A DNA stretch of 63,936 bases, filler included, from Octopus bimaculoides (Eukaryota): assembly GCF_001194135.2 (NCBI RefSeq). It is 5 parts of 4 records of this genome, joined end to end, with 100 filler letters (N's around TTAATTAATTAA, not from the genome) between each part and the next. Parts side by side here need not be neighbours in the genome. Positions count along the whole stretch, not along the records: positions 42,140 to 54,425 come from NC_068981.1; positions 54,526 to 60,546 come from NC_068996.1; positions 60,647 to 63,936 come from NC_068997.1; 2 more parts are not named here. One strand, 5' to 3'. Below the pieces are notes generated by a model. That model did no database searches and was not told where the DNA came from. It saw only the letters and a program-made list of their open reading frames with translations. The position numbers were made by a program, and so were the translations under genes. Of the stretch, positions 51,529 to 63,936 are shown piece after piece (position 1 is the first letter of the stretch; each line of letters begins with the position of its first letter).

Positions 51529-54210
51529 CCTATATATTATTAATGAAATCATCGTCTATAAAACTAATCTAGAATATAATCTCAAACATTTTATTCCTTT
51601 AATCTTCTATTCTACAAACTGACGTTGCTAAACCCCTATATTTTACATCTCTTTCACATCTCCCACCAACCTCTGCCACCACCTTCTCGAACAATGGTTC
51701 CAGTGAAGAAGAAACAGAGGAAAAACATTGCAAAAACTTGGTAATTTACTGCCATCCAAGAGAAATTCTTCTTCTTTACATTATTTTGCCTTCAATCTCA
51801 ACTGTATTCTATTTTTCTCCTTATAATTGCACATTTACACATATACGTACAAACACATACAAAGGTACATATATATAAAACATACAAATATATATATATA
51901 TGCATATATACGTTCTGTGTTTTTTAGGGGAATTTTTTTTTTCTATCAGAAATAACATAGCTTAAGTTGATAAAATTATGTGATGAAATCTGGGTGTACA
52001 TAGCGGTTATTTATGGGTGTAAGTTTCGTTTGGTCTCGTATTGAGTTTATATGCATATAAAAACATATATACATACATATATGAATGTATGTATATATTT
52101 CTACACATATATACATACATACAAAAATGAGAAACATATGTACTCATACACACACGCATATATACGTATGTGCTTTGTCTTATACTTGTTTCAGTCTGTG
52201 AACAACGCCCATGCTGGGGTACTGCTTTAAAAATTTGCGTCGAACACATATCGTCTCGGTTCTTTTTTTTTTTTTTTNNNNNNNNNNGTGTGTGGTAATG
52301 TAAGAATTTTAAAGACTACCCAAATACTTATTTAGCATTGTAGGAGCAAATCTTATCTCAATGCGTTGAGAACTCAATACGTTGAGTAGAGTGGAGAGAC
52401 GTGTTTATTATATCAAGTCCTGGCTGTCTCTGTCCAAATTAAAGTTGGAATGGAAAGGATGTTGGCATTAATGGTTTGTTGTTCACTTTTGAAACGCTTG
52501 TGTCTCAGTGAGTTCAAATGGAATTAAATTTCATACATAAATCGTTATGATTTGAAGTCAAAGCCATAATGGTTTACACACACACACATATATATATATA
52601 CACATGTACGTATGTATGTATATGAATATGTGTGTATGTGTGTGTTTATAGAGTGCTTGAAGTGGTTTTATATATCAAGAAAAAAGAGGTAGTCAGGATT
52701 TGAATAAAAACTATTTGGCGTTTTCATCCATTTAAGGGATACACACACACACACACACACACACANNNNNNNNNNNNNNNNNNNNNNNNNNNNNNNNNNN
52801 NNNNNNNNNNNNNNNNNNNNNNNNNNNNNNNNNNNNNNNNNNNNNNNNNNNNNNNNNNNNNNNNNNNNNNNNNNNNNNNNNNNNNNNNNNNNNNNNNNNN
52901 NNNNNNNNNNNNNNNNNNNNNNNNNNNNNNNNNNNNNNNNNNNNNNNNNNNNNNNNNNNNNNNNNNNNNNNNNNNNNNNNNNNNNNNNNNNNNNNNNNNN
53001 NNNNNNNNNNNNNNNNNNNNNNNNNNNNNNNNNNNNNNNNNNNNNNNNNNNNNNNNNNNNNNNNNNNNNNNNNNNNNNNNNNNNNNNNNNNNNNNNNNNN
53101 NNNNNNNNNNNNNNNNNNNNNNNNNNNNNNNNNNNNNNNNNNNNNNNNNNNNNNNNNNNNNNNNNNNNNNNNNNNNNNNNNNNNNNAGAATGCTCACTCA
53201 ATCACTCAATAGTGATTTTTACGAAGAAAAATTTGATAGTAACTTCGAAGTTTACGCTTAACTCTAAAAAAAAGTCGAAACTTCGAAGACACTATTTTTT
53301 TCTTGTAGAAATGAATGTTTTTTTTTTTGTTTTTGTTTTTGTTTTTGTTTTTTTTGCTATATATAGAACGCTGAGCGTCGAACACTAAACCTTCCGCTTT
53401 TGTTTCTGTCGTGAGTTCAATTTCCAACTGGATCCATGTTGCCATCCATCCCCGGTTGAATAAATACTAGGGTTGCTGTAATTTACTATATTGCAGTTAG
53501 CGTTGCTCCATCATGGCCGCACAACAGTGAGCGAAGCCAGTAACTGGGTAAAGACATGAAAAATTGAAACACTTTCATAAGGTCCACAGTTATTGCGAGA
53601 CTCATTAGCAACGAATAATTTCTTGTCTGTTTCGCCTAAATAATTCTAGCTATAACCACACTCACTCACACACACTGGAATTCTTCAGAGTCACCTGCTT
53701 TGTGGGATTCTGATGAATCGTTTTATCCATACATTCGCGGCGGACGGACGTGAAATGTAGATAATGAAATATATATTGCGTATTCTTACAAATGAATAAA
53801 TGTATCTCTATTCAATTATTTCAAATTCTTCCCTCCAGTGTTCAATAAATATTTATTATATTTATTTTATCGACCCCGAAATATTAAAAAGTATTGTCGA
53901 CATCGGTGGAATTTGAACTCAAAACGCAGCGACGGTCGAAATGCTGCTAAGCATCACGTGCAGCGTGCTAGCGACTCTGCCAGCATGCAGTCTTAATGCA
54001 ACTGCATATAATATACATATAAATATGATTTAGATAAAACGTGTAAAATCCTATATAATTTATACAAAGTCATACACATTTAATACATATACAGACATTC
54101 CTATGTATATATATAGATACACATTATAGTGTATATATAAATACGTAAAAATATACACTTGAATATATATTTGTACACACACACATATCTATATCTATCT
54201 ATCTATCTAT

Positions 54211-54256
<46 letters not shown>

Positions 54257-54425
54257 ATTATTATTATTATACATATATATTGGTATATATTGATATATAA
54301 ATATCATTTTAAATATATATATATACAATAAATAAATAAACAACCATACCAATGCTATTACATATGTAAATATAAATATTTTATATATGTATTTATGTAT
54401 GTATACAAATATTATCATACATATA

Positions 54426-54525
54426 NNNNNNNNNNNNNNNNNNNNNNNNNNNNNNNNNNNNNNNNNNNNTTAATTAATTAANNNNNNNNNNNNNNNNNNN
54501 NNNNNNNNNNNNNNNNNNNNNNNNN
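54426..54525. other. Artificial scaffold-join spacer
   Basis: N44-TTAATTAATTAA-N44. Confidence 0.95.
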
Positions 54526-54719
54526 ATATATATATATATATACGACGACCTTCTTTCAGTTTCCGTCTACCAAATCCACTCACAAGGCTTTGGTCTGCCC
54601 AACGCTATAGTAGAAGACACTTACCTTAGGTGGCACGCAATGGGACTGAACCCGGAGTCATGTGGTTAGGAAGCAAACGTTTTACCACACAGCCACGCCT
54701 GCACCTAAGATAAAAATAT

Positions 54720-54826
54720 AAAGAGGTGGAAAGAGAGAGAGTGAACGCGCGCGAGAGTGTGTAAAAGTAATAGAGAGTACAGCTGACTGAAGAAGAGAGA
54801 GAGTATAAGAGTTATAGAGAGTAGAG

Positions 54827-54870
<44 letters not shown>

Positions 54871-55110
54871 GAGAGAGAGTATAAGAGTAACAGTGAGTGC
54901 AGATGACTGAAGGAATGTTAGGTGATTGCATGAACGTTGAAATCAGTAATATATAAAGAGAGAGAGCGAGAGAGAGGGAGGGAGAGAGAAGGAGAGAGAG
55001 AGAGAGTGAGAGAGAAGGAGAGAGAGAGAGAAGGAGAGAGAGAGAGAGAGAAGGAGAGAGAAGGAGAGAGAAATTGAGTGGGACAGAGAGAAATAAGTTA
55101 TAAATGATGT
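54720..55110. repeat. GA-rich simple/compound repeat
   Basis: (GA)n and gaagga(ga)n units, plus three roughly 40-bp agagagtataagagt...gctgact units. Confidence 0.85.
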
Positions 55111-56139
55111 GGAAAGTCTTCGTGAGTTAGCAAGAAGAATATAAACGAACGAGCGCCATGATGAAAATGAAAGCAAAAGAAAGGGTGATAGAACAAGAAA
55201 GAAGGCGGAGAGGAAGAAGAAGAAGAAGAGAGAGAGAGAGAGTAAAAGCGAAAACTAGAGAAATGGTGAGCAAGAAGAAGTCAGAGAATCTGGTGAGTGG
55301 TTAGATGTTGGGAAAGGTAAATAGAAGAACCGAAGCTTAGATTGGTGGAGGGCGTTTGGGAATTTTATCTAGGGAACTAGAATCGTCACTAAAACCACTA
55401 CCAGTCTACATAACACGGTAACCACTACACACAAAACCATAAACGACACCACCACCACCACCACCACCACCACCAACAACAACAACGACGACGACGACGA
55501 CCACCACCACAAAGCGAACACCGACGCCATTTATCCTCCCCTACCGCATTCACATATACACATACAACGTACACACAGTTTATATCTCCAGCCAACCAGC
55601 GAGCTAGCCAGCAAACCAGCCTCACGTCGCCACCATTTTTTTTTTCCTTTTCGTATCCTTTTCTTTCTTTTTTTTTTGGTTTTACTTTTCCCTTCTTTAT
55701 TTTATTTCTTTTTGTTCTTATCTAAGCCGTCATGGGAGACAAGTAACCGAGTGAAATATGCAACTAGAGCTCAGAACTAATTGCTACGTTGCATGTGATT
55801 GTCATATTTGCTCAAAGACCCAATTCAGGACGAGGTGCTTGCTATTCGCAAAGTGAGCCATTCATTCATCCATCCAGCCGTTTCACAGGGTGTTAATTCT
55901 TTTCTTTTCAAACTTGAGGTCCGCGGAGATTTTCGAGTGCGCACGCGTTTCTCTCGTTCTCTTTTTATCCGTTCAGTCACTCTAACACGCTCACCAATTC
56001 CCCCATTCACTCCACCCTCACGTGTTCTCTATCACGTTTACGCTCTTCCTTTCCTTCTTATTTATTTTACTTCTCACTTTCTTTCTTTTTCTGTTACATT
56101 ACTATATCACCTTATCTATGCAAGTAACACATCTAATTT

Positions 56140-56185
<46 letters not shown>

Positions 56186-56815
56186 TGTATATGTATTTTT
56201 ACATTTCTTTCTCCCAATTCATTCTCTCTGTCTTCCTCAATCTCTTTTCCTTTCTCTCCATGTCTGTTATACATCATTTTATCCACACCAGGCTCCTCTC
56301 GTATCGTCTTTCAATTTTAGCATCGCATCACACCCTCCTCTATACCTTTCATTTTCTTTTATTTCTTTTTTTTATATTTTGCATATGTAATATACATATG
56401 CAAAAACGCATATATATATATATATGAAAAATGCATATACATATATATGAAATACGCATATATATACATATGTGTGTGTAATACATGCGTACATATATAC
56501 AAACATGCATACACGAGTGGCGCTCTCGGTGAGAGACTATGAGCTGCGTACATACACATATATCCTCATATATCCTCTGCTGCACAGTTTGTTAACTGAT
56601 AACCAAGCAAATGATCTGTCCATACAGTTGTCTTCTGGTGATATCTTTCACCAACAAGAGTATCTTGCACGAACACCACGTCTGCCACAGTTGCGCACTA
56701 CTTTTGCACACACACACCCTAGCAATTATTTCCACAACAGAAAACTAAACTATCGCCAAAATCACCGCCACCACTACAACTGCAACCGTCATCACCACCA
56801 CCGCCACCATCACCA

Positions 56816-56964
56816 CCATTACAGCACCACCACCACCACCGCCATCACCACTACCACCATCACCACTACCACCATCACCACCATTACAGCACCACCACCA
56901 CCACCGCCATCACCACTACCACCATCACCACTACCACCATCACCACCATTACAGCACCACCACC
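56816..56964. repeat. 65-bp tandem repeat built from CAC/CAT triplets, running into a gap
   Basis: attacagcacc at 56818, 56883 and 56948 (period 65). Confidence 0.9.
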
Positions 56965-57508
56965 NNNNNNNNNNNNNNNNNNNNNNNNNNNNNNNNNNNN
57001 NNNNNNNNNNNNNNNNNNNNNNNNNNNNNNNNNNNNNNNNNNNNNNNNNNNNNNNNNNNNNNNNNNNNNNNNNNNNNNNNNNNNNNNNNNNNNNNNNNNN
57101 NNNNNNNNNNNNNNNNNNNNNNNNNNNNNNNNNNNNNNNNNNNNNNNNNNNNNNNNNNNNNNNNNNNNNNNNNNNNNNNNNNNNNNNNNNNNNNNNNNNN
57201 NNNNNNNNNNNNNNNNNNNNNNNNNNNNNNNNNNNNNNNNNNNNNNNNNNNNNNNNNNNNNNNNNNNNNNNNNNNNNNNNNNNNNNNNNNNNNNNNNNNN
57301 NNNNNNNNNNNNNNNNNNNNNNNNNNNNNNNNNNNNNNNNNNNNNNNNNNNNNNNNNNNNNNNNNNNNNNNNNNNNNNNNNNNNNNNNNNNNNNNNNNNN
57401 NNNNNNNNNNNNNNNNNNNNNNNNNNNNNNNNNNNNNNNNNNNNNNNNNNNNNNNNNNNNNNNNNNNNNNNNNNNNNNNNNNNNNNNNNNNNNNNNNNNN
57501 NNNNNNNN

Positions 57509-57552
<44 letters not shown>

Positions 57553-57569
57553 TCTGTGTGTGTGTACAT

Positions 57570-57852
57570 AAGATGGTGCTGAAAAGTTTCTGACTTTGGG
57601 TAAAAGAAACTACAGGAGGATCAGTTGCTTATGATTTTATTCAACATATTCCTCTTCTCAGATTCACACACTTATTGCAGCGGTTCCTCAGTTTTTCTAA
57701 GCCCTATAAAAGAACTCGGAAGGTCTTTCGCGATTTCCTTAAAGGCAGGAACTTTTTCTAAGCTCTGTAAAAAGAGTTGGATGTGTGGGCCTCCAGCCAG
57801 GCCTTTCGCGATATTCTTAAAACAAGGAAATTTTTCAGAAAACGCTTGTATA
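57570..57852. mobile_element. Mariner-like MITE with a duplicated right end
   Basis: Left TIR ggtgctgaaaagtttctgact; two degenerate right TIRs (ggcaggaactttttc about 57743 and caaggaaatttttcag about 57824), each preceded by ctttcgcgat. Confidence 0.55.
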
Positions 57853-58009
57853 CACACCACGGCTGCGTTTCAGTTTCCACAAATCTACCATAACCACTCA
57901 GAAGGCTATGGTTGGTCCGAGGACCGAGGTAACGATGAAGGAAACTAAGTCAAAGTGTAGCTCAGTGGGACTAAACGCGTAAACATCTGGTTGGGATTCA
58001 GGCTTCTTA

Positions 58010-58690
58010 TCATTGTGTGTACCAGGGGTTTGTACTGTCTGTCAAGTTACAAGGACCTCAGACAGACAGTACTTTATGCAATATGTGTGCAGTTCCAAGT
58101 AATGCCAAAGTTTGCCATACACTTAGATTGTAGGGTATTTCTAAAATTTCCATCTGTTACTTCAGGTTGGGTGGTATTGAACCCAATACTCCGATGATGA
58201 TAATAGGGATAACCTTTATGTTTGACTCTCGTAGCTTCCACATCTTGGCTATCTCAGTTCTCTGGTCTCCATATTTATCAACTTTTTTCTCTTTCCTTCA
58301 TGATGATACGTTGATCTCCTGGCACTGCCATGTCGATTATCAGGCACTCTCGTTTGTCTTTCCTAAAGGGTACTGTATCTGACTTTCGGTGACCTAACAA
58401 CTTATCTGTCTGGAATCAAAGTCCTAGAGGATTTTTGCCTTCCCCTTTTCGTCCATTACCTTTTCCGGGGTATGTTGGTACCAAGCACCTGTTACATCGT
58501 ATCCATACATACGTAATTGTAGCCAGAGAAGGTTTTGGGCTACCTTGTTGTGTCTGCGCTCGCACTCTTTCTATGCAAGACAGTCACGAGCACTAACAAT
58601 ATGAGTCTCGCAGAGTTTCGTTGCGCTTGTCTGGTATATATACCACTTTTTACTGAGTTTATATTCAATGCCTCATCCTTGGCAGCGATT
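58010..58690 (-). mobile_element. RLE retrotransposon 3' fragment
   Basis: IIAAKDEALN..HIVS..RRHNKVAQ..CLIIDMAVPGD..KMWKL..IGVLGSIP..LLGTAHILHKVLSV*. Confidence 0.88.
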
Positions 58691-59120
58691 ATTATTATCT
58701 CCGCCTTACCGAAGGCAGAGGTACTGTTTTCAGTCGTATTTGTTTGTTTGTTTGTTTGTTTCTCCGCGGATAAGATATCTCAAGAACCGCTGGATGGATT
58801 CGGATGAAACTTTCAGAGATGTTCGGCCTCATGACTGGCACGAACTGATTAATTTTGGGATCGATCCGGTACCGGACAATGATTCTGAATTGTTTGTTAT
58901 ATTTACTTTAAATGATTACGGTCTTACGTTAACAGTCAAGACATTCTCAATTATCTCCCTTTAGGCTGTAACTATTTTGAATGGTGAATTTGTTAACTTT
59001 GGCTTGTATTAGATAAGGATAAACTATTCATTACTGTTACTAAATTTTCTACAGCCACCTTCTCATTCCATGACTACCATTCGTATCGATCAGTTAGCGG
59101 ACAAGGATTCTGGATTCTTT
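58688..59120 (+). mobile_element. Helentron/HINE(DINE)-like non-autonomous element
   Basis: 5' stem CTCCGCC-ttaccgaa-GGCAGAG, (GTTT)n, then ccgctggatggattcggatgaaactttcag...gattaattttggg, the architecture I recall for these elements. Confidence 0.6.
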
Positions 59121-60113
59121 CCTGTATTAAATAATTATGTCAGGTCGATTAGCCTGGATAGTTCTGTCAGTGTTGACTGGAAAATCCCAGAAGATAGTGA
59201 CATTTTTAGCTTCAATGACTGATTCAGGATGCGGGAGTGATGATTTTGTAGTGTTTACATATTTCCCAAGTAAATACTTTCCTACTCTATCGTGGCGATT
59301 TTTCTATTCGTTTGGTGCCAGCACAGGACGTCCTGAGACGATATGGTCAATTGTTTCTTCAAACGTGTTGCAGAATCTGCTTTTAGGATTAGAACCGTTT
59401 TGAAGAACGTTAGCTTGATAGATTTTTGTAAGCAAACTTTGATCTTGTGCCGCTAATATGAAACCTTTAGTCTCTGCTTTCAGTCCTGAGCTCCTCAGCC
59501 ACTGATGGGTTGTTGCTTGGTCTACATTAGCATTTCGGCTTCGAAGTACTTACTGTCCATGCAGAGGCTTCTGGCTCCACCACTCCTCAGTTTGTTTCTG
59601 CCCATTCTTTTTTGCAGTCTGTTTGATCCATTTTGCTTGTTTTGTAGCAGTGGTTTCAGGTTCTTCAACTATTTCAGGGTTAATGCCAAGTCCCTTGGGG
59701 AATTTACAAGCTTCCTTGACAATAGAATGTGATTTTTTGTTGCTTTCGTGTTTGCACAGAAACTGCAGCGTCCAGTCCTCTTTATTAGATAAGAATCTGT
59801 TCATTGCTATTTTTGAGGTCCTATATCACAGTTCTACCTGCATCATTCCACTTTCCCCCATTACTTCTAGGGAGGTACAGACGATCAACGTCTGCTTTTG
59901 GGTGGTGCATCTTCTTAGATGTTAGTAGTTTTCTTGTCTTTCTGTTCAAGTGCTGGAGCTCTGTAAGATTCCAGTTAATGATATTAAAACTATATTGGAC
60001 TACTGGAAATGCCAGGGTATAAATGGTTTCGATGCGATTTTTCGAGTTGAGTTCAGTTTTTAGCATGCATCTTACTCTCCTGTAATACTTTCTTATTTTT
60101 TCCTTCATAGTAG
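59110..60113 (-). mobile_element. R4/Dong-like RLE retrotransposon fragment
   Basis: YYRRVRCMLKTELNSKNRI..HPKADVDRLYLPRSNGG, KPLHGQ, HQWLRSSGLKAET..AAQDQSL, ETIDHIVSG, WDFPVNTDRTIQANRPDII. Confidence 0.93.
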
Positions 60114-60141
60114 CATTATTATCATTATTATTATTATTATT

Positions 60142-60546
60142 TTATGTTTGACTTTTGTTTTGCATTTGTACAAGTTGGATCCAAGTCTCACCCAGAGACC
60201 TCAAGAGACAACAAGTTAGACGTTCATGTAGGCGTTATGCCTAGGGTACCATATATTTGGATTTGTACAGTTTTGTTCAAGTGAATGTTTAAGAAACCAT
60301 AAGAAAATTATGTGTTTGCTTTAAAATTTGAGATCACATAGACAGTATTTTACGTAGGATATGGGCAGTTCCCATGAGCACTATCTTTTGAACTTCAGCC
60401 ATTTTGGGGTTTCCTGGTATCTGAGCTAGGTAGTAACCAGCCCGTTTCGCTGTCATTCCCAGGGCACCTATGACAATAGGTATTGTTTTCTTCTTCAGAT
60501 TCCACATTTTGCTAATTTCTATTTCAAGATCTTTATATTTGCTCAG
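60142..60546 (-). mobile_element. RLE retrotransposon 3' end ending in an (AAT)n tail (60114-60141)
   Basis: LSKYKDLEIEISKMWNL..IVIGALG..VLMGTAHILRKILSM* plus a 3' UTR alignable to 34910-35248. Confidence 0.92.
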
Positions 60547-60646
60547 NNNNNNNNNNNNNNNNNNNNNNNNNNNNNNNNNNNNNNNNNNNNTTAATTAATT
60601 AANNNNNNNNNNNNNNNNNNNNNNNNNNNNNNNNNNNNNNNNNNNN
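60547..60646. other. Artificial scaffold-join spacer
   Basis: N44-TTAATTAATTAA-N44. Confidence 0.95.
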
Positions 60647-60849
60647 GGTAGATAGATAGAAGAACAGACAGACAGAAAGAGAAATATAATACAAATTCAG
60701 CTATATATTTAGATAATAGAATAGATGCTTTTTTTTTTTTTTTTACCGAATCTGATTTTAATTTCCAAGTCCAAAACACGGTTAGAACAGTTTGAAATAC
60801 AACGATAATACGGTTGCGTTGCAGAAATAATCGAATGTGAATGAAAAAA

Positions 60850-60932
60850 GGACCACGTGATCTCTGCTAGAACTTCCGGTGCAGCAAGCTCACGACCGGC
60901 AATTAGTTAATATATAGCATTGACGCCATTGT
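60850..60932. promoter_or_regulatory. Candidate promoter motif cluster (E-box, ETS, YY1-like)
   Basis: CACGTG 60854-60859, ACTTCCGG 60872-60879 and CGCCATT 60924-60930, in apparently non-repeat, CpG-retaining sequence. Confidence 0.35.
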
Positions 60933-62184
60933 ATTCAGTTTCTCCTTGTTCATTTAAATTCATAGTGAACACGATGACATGACCTTGTCATTAGCAATAC
61001 AAATTGAGAAAACGAGTGCTAATTAAACGCTGATTAAGACGAGTGCAATTTGTGATTAATCTTAAATCGAGGTTGCGATTAATCCTTGTGGTAAATATAG
61101 AGTACAGCGGATCTGCGGACTGTTTTGCATCGAAGTAAACTGACTCGATGTATTTGAAAGGTAAATATAAAGGACCACCAAACACACACGCACTGCTTCA
61201 TATAACACTGTACTTCATACATATGTACATACAAACATACAAAAACACACACACACATATATATATATATTTATATATATATATATATATAAACAATATA
61301 TGAGTATATGCATATATATGTACATGTATGTATATACGTTCATCTACATGTACATATAGACACATAACTGGGTACATGACGTGGCAAAAGAACAAGGACA
61401 AAATGGTAAACAAGGTGCAACAAACAAGCAGGCCACATAGAAACATCCCCTTCATCACCTGCCACCATNNNNNNNNNNNNNNNNNNNNNNNNNNNNNNNN
61501 NNNNNNNNNNNNNNNTATATATATACATACACACATCTATTTACATGTTTATACATATAAACATATATAAATACGTATGCACTCTATGTCATGCTGAATA
61601 TCCCCGAGAACTACGTTAGGGGTACACGTGTCTGTGGAGTGCTCAACCACTTGCACGTTAATTTCACGAGCAAGCTGTTCCGCTGATCGGATCAGCTGGG
61701 ACCCTCGTCGTCGTAACTGACGGAGTGCTCCTTTTCTTTTTTGTGCTTCATATAAACACATACACATGCCCTCGCATATGTACACACCTACATGCATGCA
61801 CAGTGAAACACATCCACTTGCGATTATACACAAATATACACATTTACAGAACTTGGAACATCAAAGCCATAACAGACGAAGGATAGAAACAAAAAAAAAA
61901 CTACGATTTATAGAGGGAATAGCAGAAAGTGAAGTTATTATGGAAATAATAGAAAGAAATATAAAAATTTGATTTAATCTTAGTTAGAACCAAAAAGGAA
62001 GGCAAAGAAATTGGTAACTGTCAGACAATACAGTGCAAAAAATAGTCTTACTAAAAATTCTTGATAAACATTAGAAATAAAAGTGAAAGAAAAGAGTGGT
62101 GAAAAAAAAAAGATGCAATGGAAGGAAAAACGTAGAAAATGATAGATGTTGAAATCATTTGTCGACATGTGTGTGTATGTGTGC

Positions 62185-62215
<31 letters not shown>

Positions 62216-63599
62216 NNNNNNNNNNNNNNNNNNNNNNNNNNNNNNNNNNNNNNNNNNNNNNNNNNNNNNNNNNNNNNNNNNNNNNNNNNNNNNNNNNNNN
62301 NNNNNNNNNNNNNNNNNNNNNNNNNNNNNNNNNNNNNNNNNNNNNNNNNNNNNNNNNNNNNNNNNNNNNNNNNNNNNNNNNNNNNNNNNNNNNNNNNNNN
62401 NNNNNNNNNNNNNNNNNNNNNNNNNNNNNNNNNNNNNNNNNNNNNNNNNNNNNNNNNNNNNNNNNNNNNNNNNNNNNNNNNNNNNNNNNNNNNNNNNNNN
62501 NNNNNNNNNNNNNNNNNNNNNNNNNNNNNNNNNNNNNNNNNNNNNNNNNNNNNNNNNNNNNNNNNNNNNNNNNNNNNNNNNNNNNNNNNNNNNNNNNNNN
62601 NNNNNNNNNNNNNNNNNNNNNNNNNNNNNNNNNNNNNNNNNNNNNNNNNNNNNNNNNNNNNNNNNNNNNNNNNNNNNNNNNNNNNNNNNNNNNNNNNNNN
62701 NNNNNNNNNNNNNNNNNNNNNNNNNNNNNNNNNNNNNNNNNNNNNNNNNNNNNNNNNNNNNNNNNNNNNNNNNNNNNNNNNNNNNNNNNNNNNNNNNNNN
62801 NNNNNNNNNNNNNNNNNNNNNNNNNNNNNNNNNNNNNNNNNNNNNNNNNNNNNNNNNNNNNNNNNNNNNNNNNNNNNNNNNNNNNNNNNNNNNNNNNNNN
62901 NNNNNNNNNNNNNNNNNNNNNNNNNNNNNNNNNNNNNNNNNNNNNNNNNNNNNNNNNNNNNNNNNNNNNNNNNNNNNNNNNNNNNNNNNNNNNNNNNNNN
63001 NNNNNNNNNNNTATGTCTACCTGCTTGAAATAACAGTCAAAACTCGTTATTAAATCGCCAAAAGAATACACTGTTGATTACTACAGAAATCAAACGAAGG
63101 CAAATTTGGTTAAGACAATCTACTTACATACATTTAAGAATTTGGATTTACGTAGACTAGTTTCTGCATTAACATAATATGCCTTAGCTTCTTCAGCACG
63201 CATCACCACCAAAGCGATTTCCAACCTATCCTTCCGAAATCTCTGCCGCTACTGGTTCGTTTCGCGCCGAAATCACAGCAGCTTCCCAGTGTAAAATAAT
63301 CTCGTTACAGAATTACGAGAAAAATAATTTATTAAAAATTAATTTACAAAGGTATCATCGATTTGTCCGACAAAAGGCGGTGCTCCAGCATGGCCGCAGT
63401 TAAGTGACCGCAACAAAAAAACAATGGAAGTATAACCGATTTATTGCTCATAAATGTTAACAACAAAAGCTTATATGGACCCCCCCGACCCACAAGGGTC
63501 ATGTGGACCCAGGGTGGGAATCATTGATTTAGACGGCACTAGCTCTCCATATTGAGGCTCTTCTTGACATGTAATGGAGCTTCATAGGACGGCAGGAAG

Positions 63600-63936
63600 A
63601 ACGTATGATGATAACGGGGGGTTGATAGAGATGGTGAGGGTAAAGATGGTGTTGTTGTGGTGGGCATGGTAGTCCTGGTATTGGTGGTGGTCATATTTGG
63701 TGGGTTGGAAATGATGACAATAATGAGGATGATGCTTGAGAGAAGATGCAGTAGGATTTTGGTGGTATTGGTGGAGATGCGGATATGATGGCAATGATGA
63801 TGTTGATGGTGGTGGTGGTGGTGGAAGGTGGATGGTTTTGTATTGAGAGTGATGGTGGTGGTAGTGATGGTGATGGGGGTGGTTGTGATGGTGTTGATGG
63901 TGGTTGGTTGTGGTGATGATGGTGGTGGTGGTGGTG
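63600..63936. repeat. Degenerate (GGT/GAT)n low-complexity tract
   Basis: Read directly. Confidence 0.85.

Noticed and set aside
56472-57593. His/Thr/Pro-rich 373-aa ORF
   Set aside because: It consists of a 65-bp (non-3n) CAC-rich tandem repeat plus a gap and (TG)n.

Overview
AT-rich, gapped eukaryotic genomic DNA. The repeat landscape suggests a coleoid cephalopod, probably Octopus (inference from memory, not a database hit). Four identical 100-bp artificial spacers (N44-TTAATTAATTAA-N44) split the window into five joined segments: 1-30852, 30953-42039, 42140-54425, 54526-60546 and 60647-63936. Segment 1 holds ten phase-consistent + strand coding exons, plus one probable further exon, of WDR59 (GATOR2/SEA3 subunit): the RWD domain, the FPRTSGARF motif and the GRKDLVQ / PWAQHTFGR / DIQTCAML regions. 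The N-terminal WD40 and C-terminal zinc-finger exons were not found. Everything else I can assign is repeat-derived: RTE-type LINE ends, several tRNA-like SINE families, R4/Dong-like RLE retrotransposon fragments, CR1-like fragments, a decayed pogo/Tigger transposase, mariner, piggyBac-like and hAT MITEs, Helitron/Helentron pieces, a foldback element and microsatellites. I found no convincing wholly new biological system. The best leads are: (i) RLE retroelements stacked head-to-tail at (TAA)n tracts; (ii) a CpG-decay footprint in SINE copies inside WDR59 versus outside; (iii) near-identical inverted repeats in WDR59 introns and a split Lys codon where I recall vertebrates having Arg (ADAR candidates); (iv) a candidate microexon preceded by an array of acceptor-like repeats; (v) antisense spliced-exon candidates; (vi) a promoter/enhancer-like motif cluster near 60.9-61.1 kb. 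Repeat boundaries are approximate; exon boundaries were read base by base.
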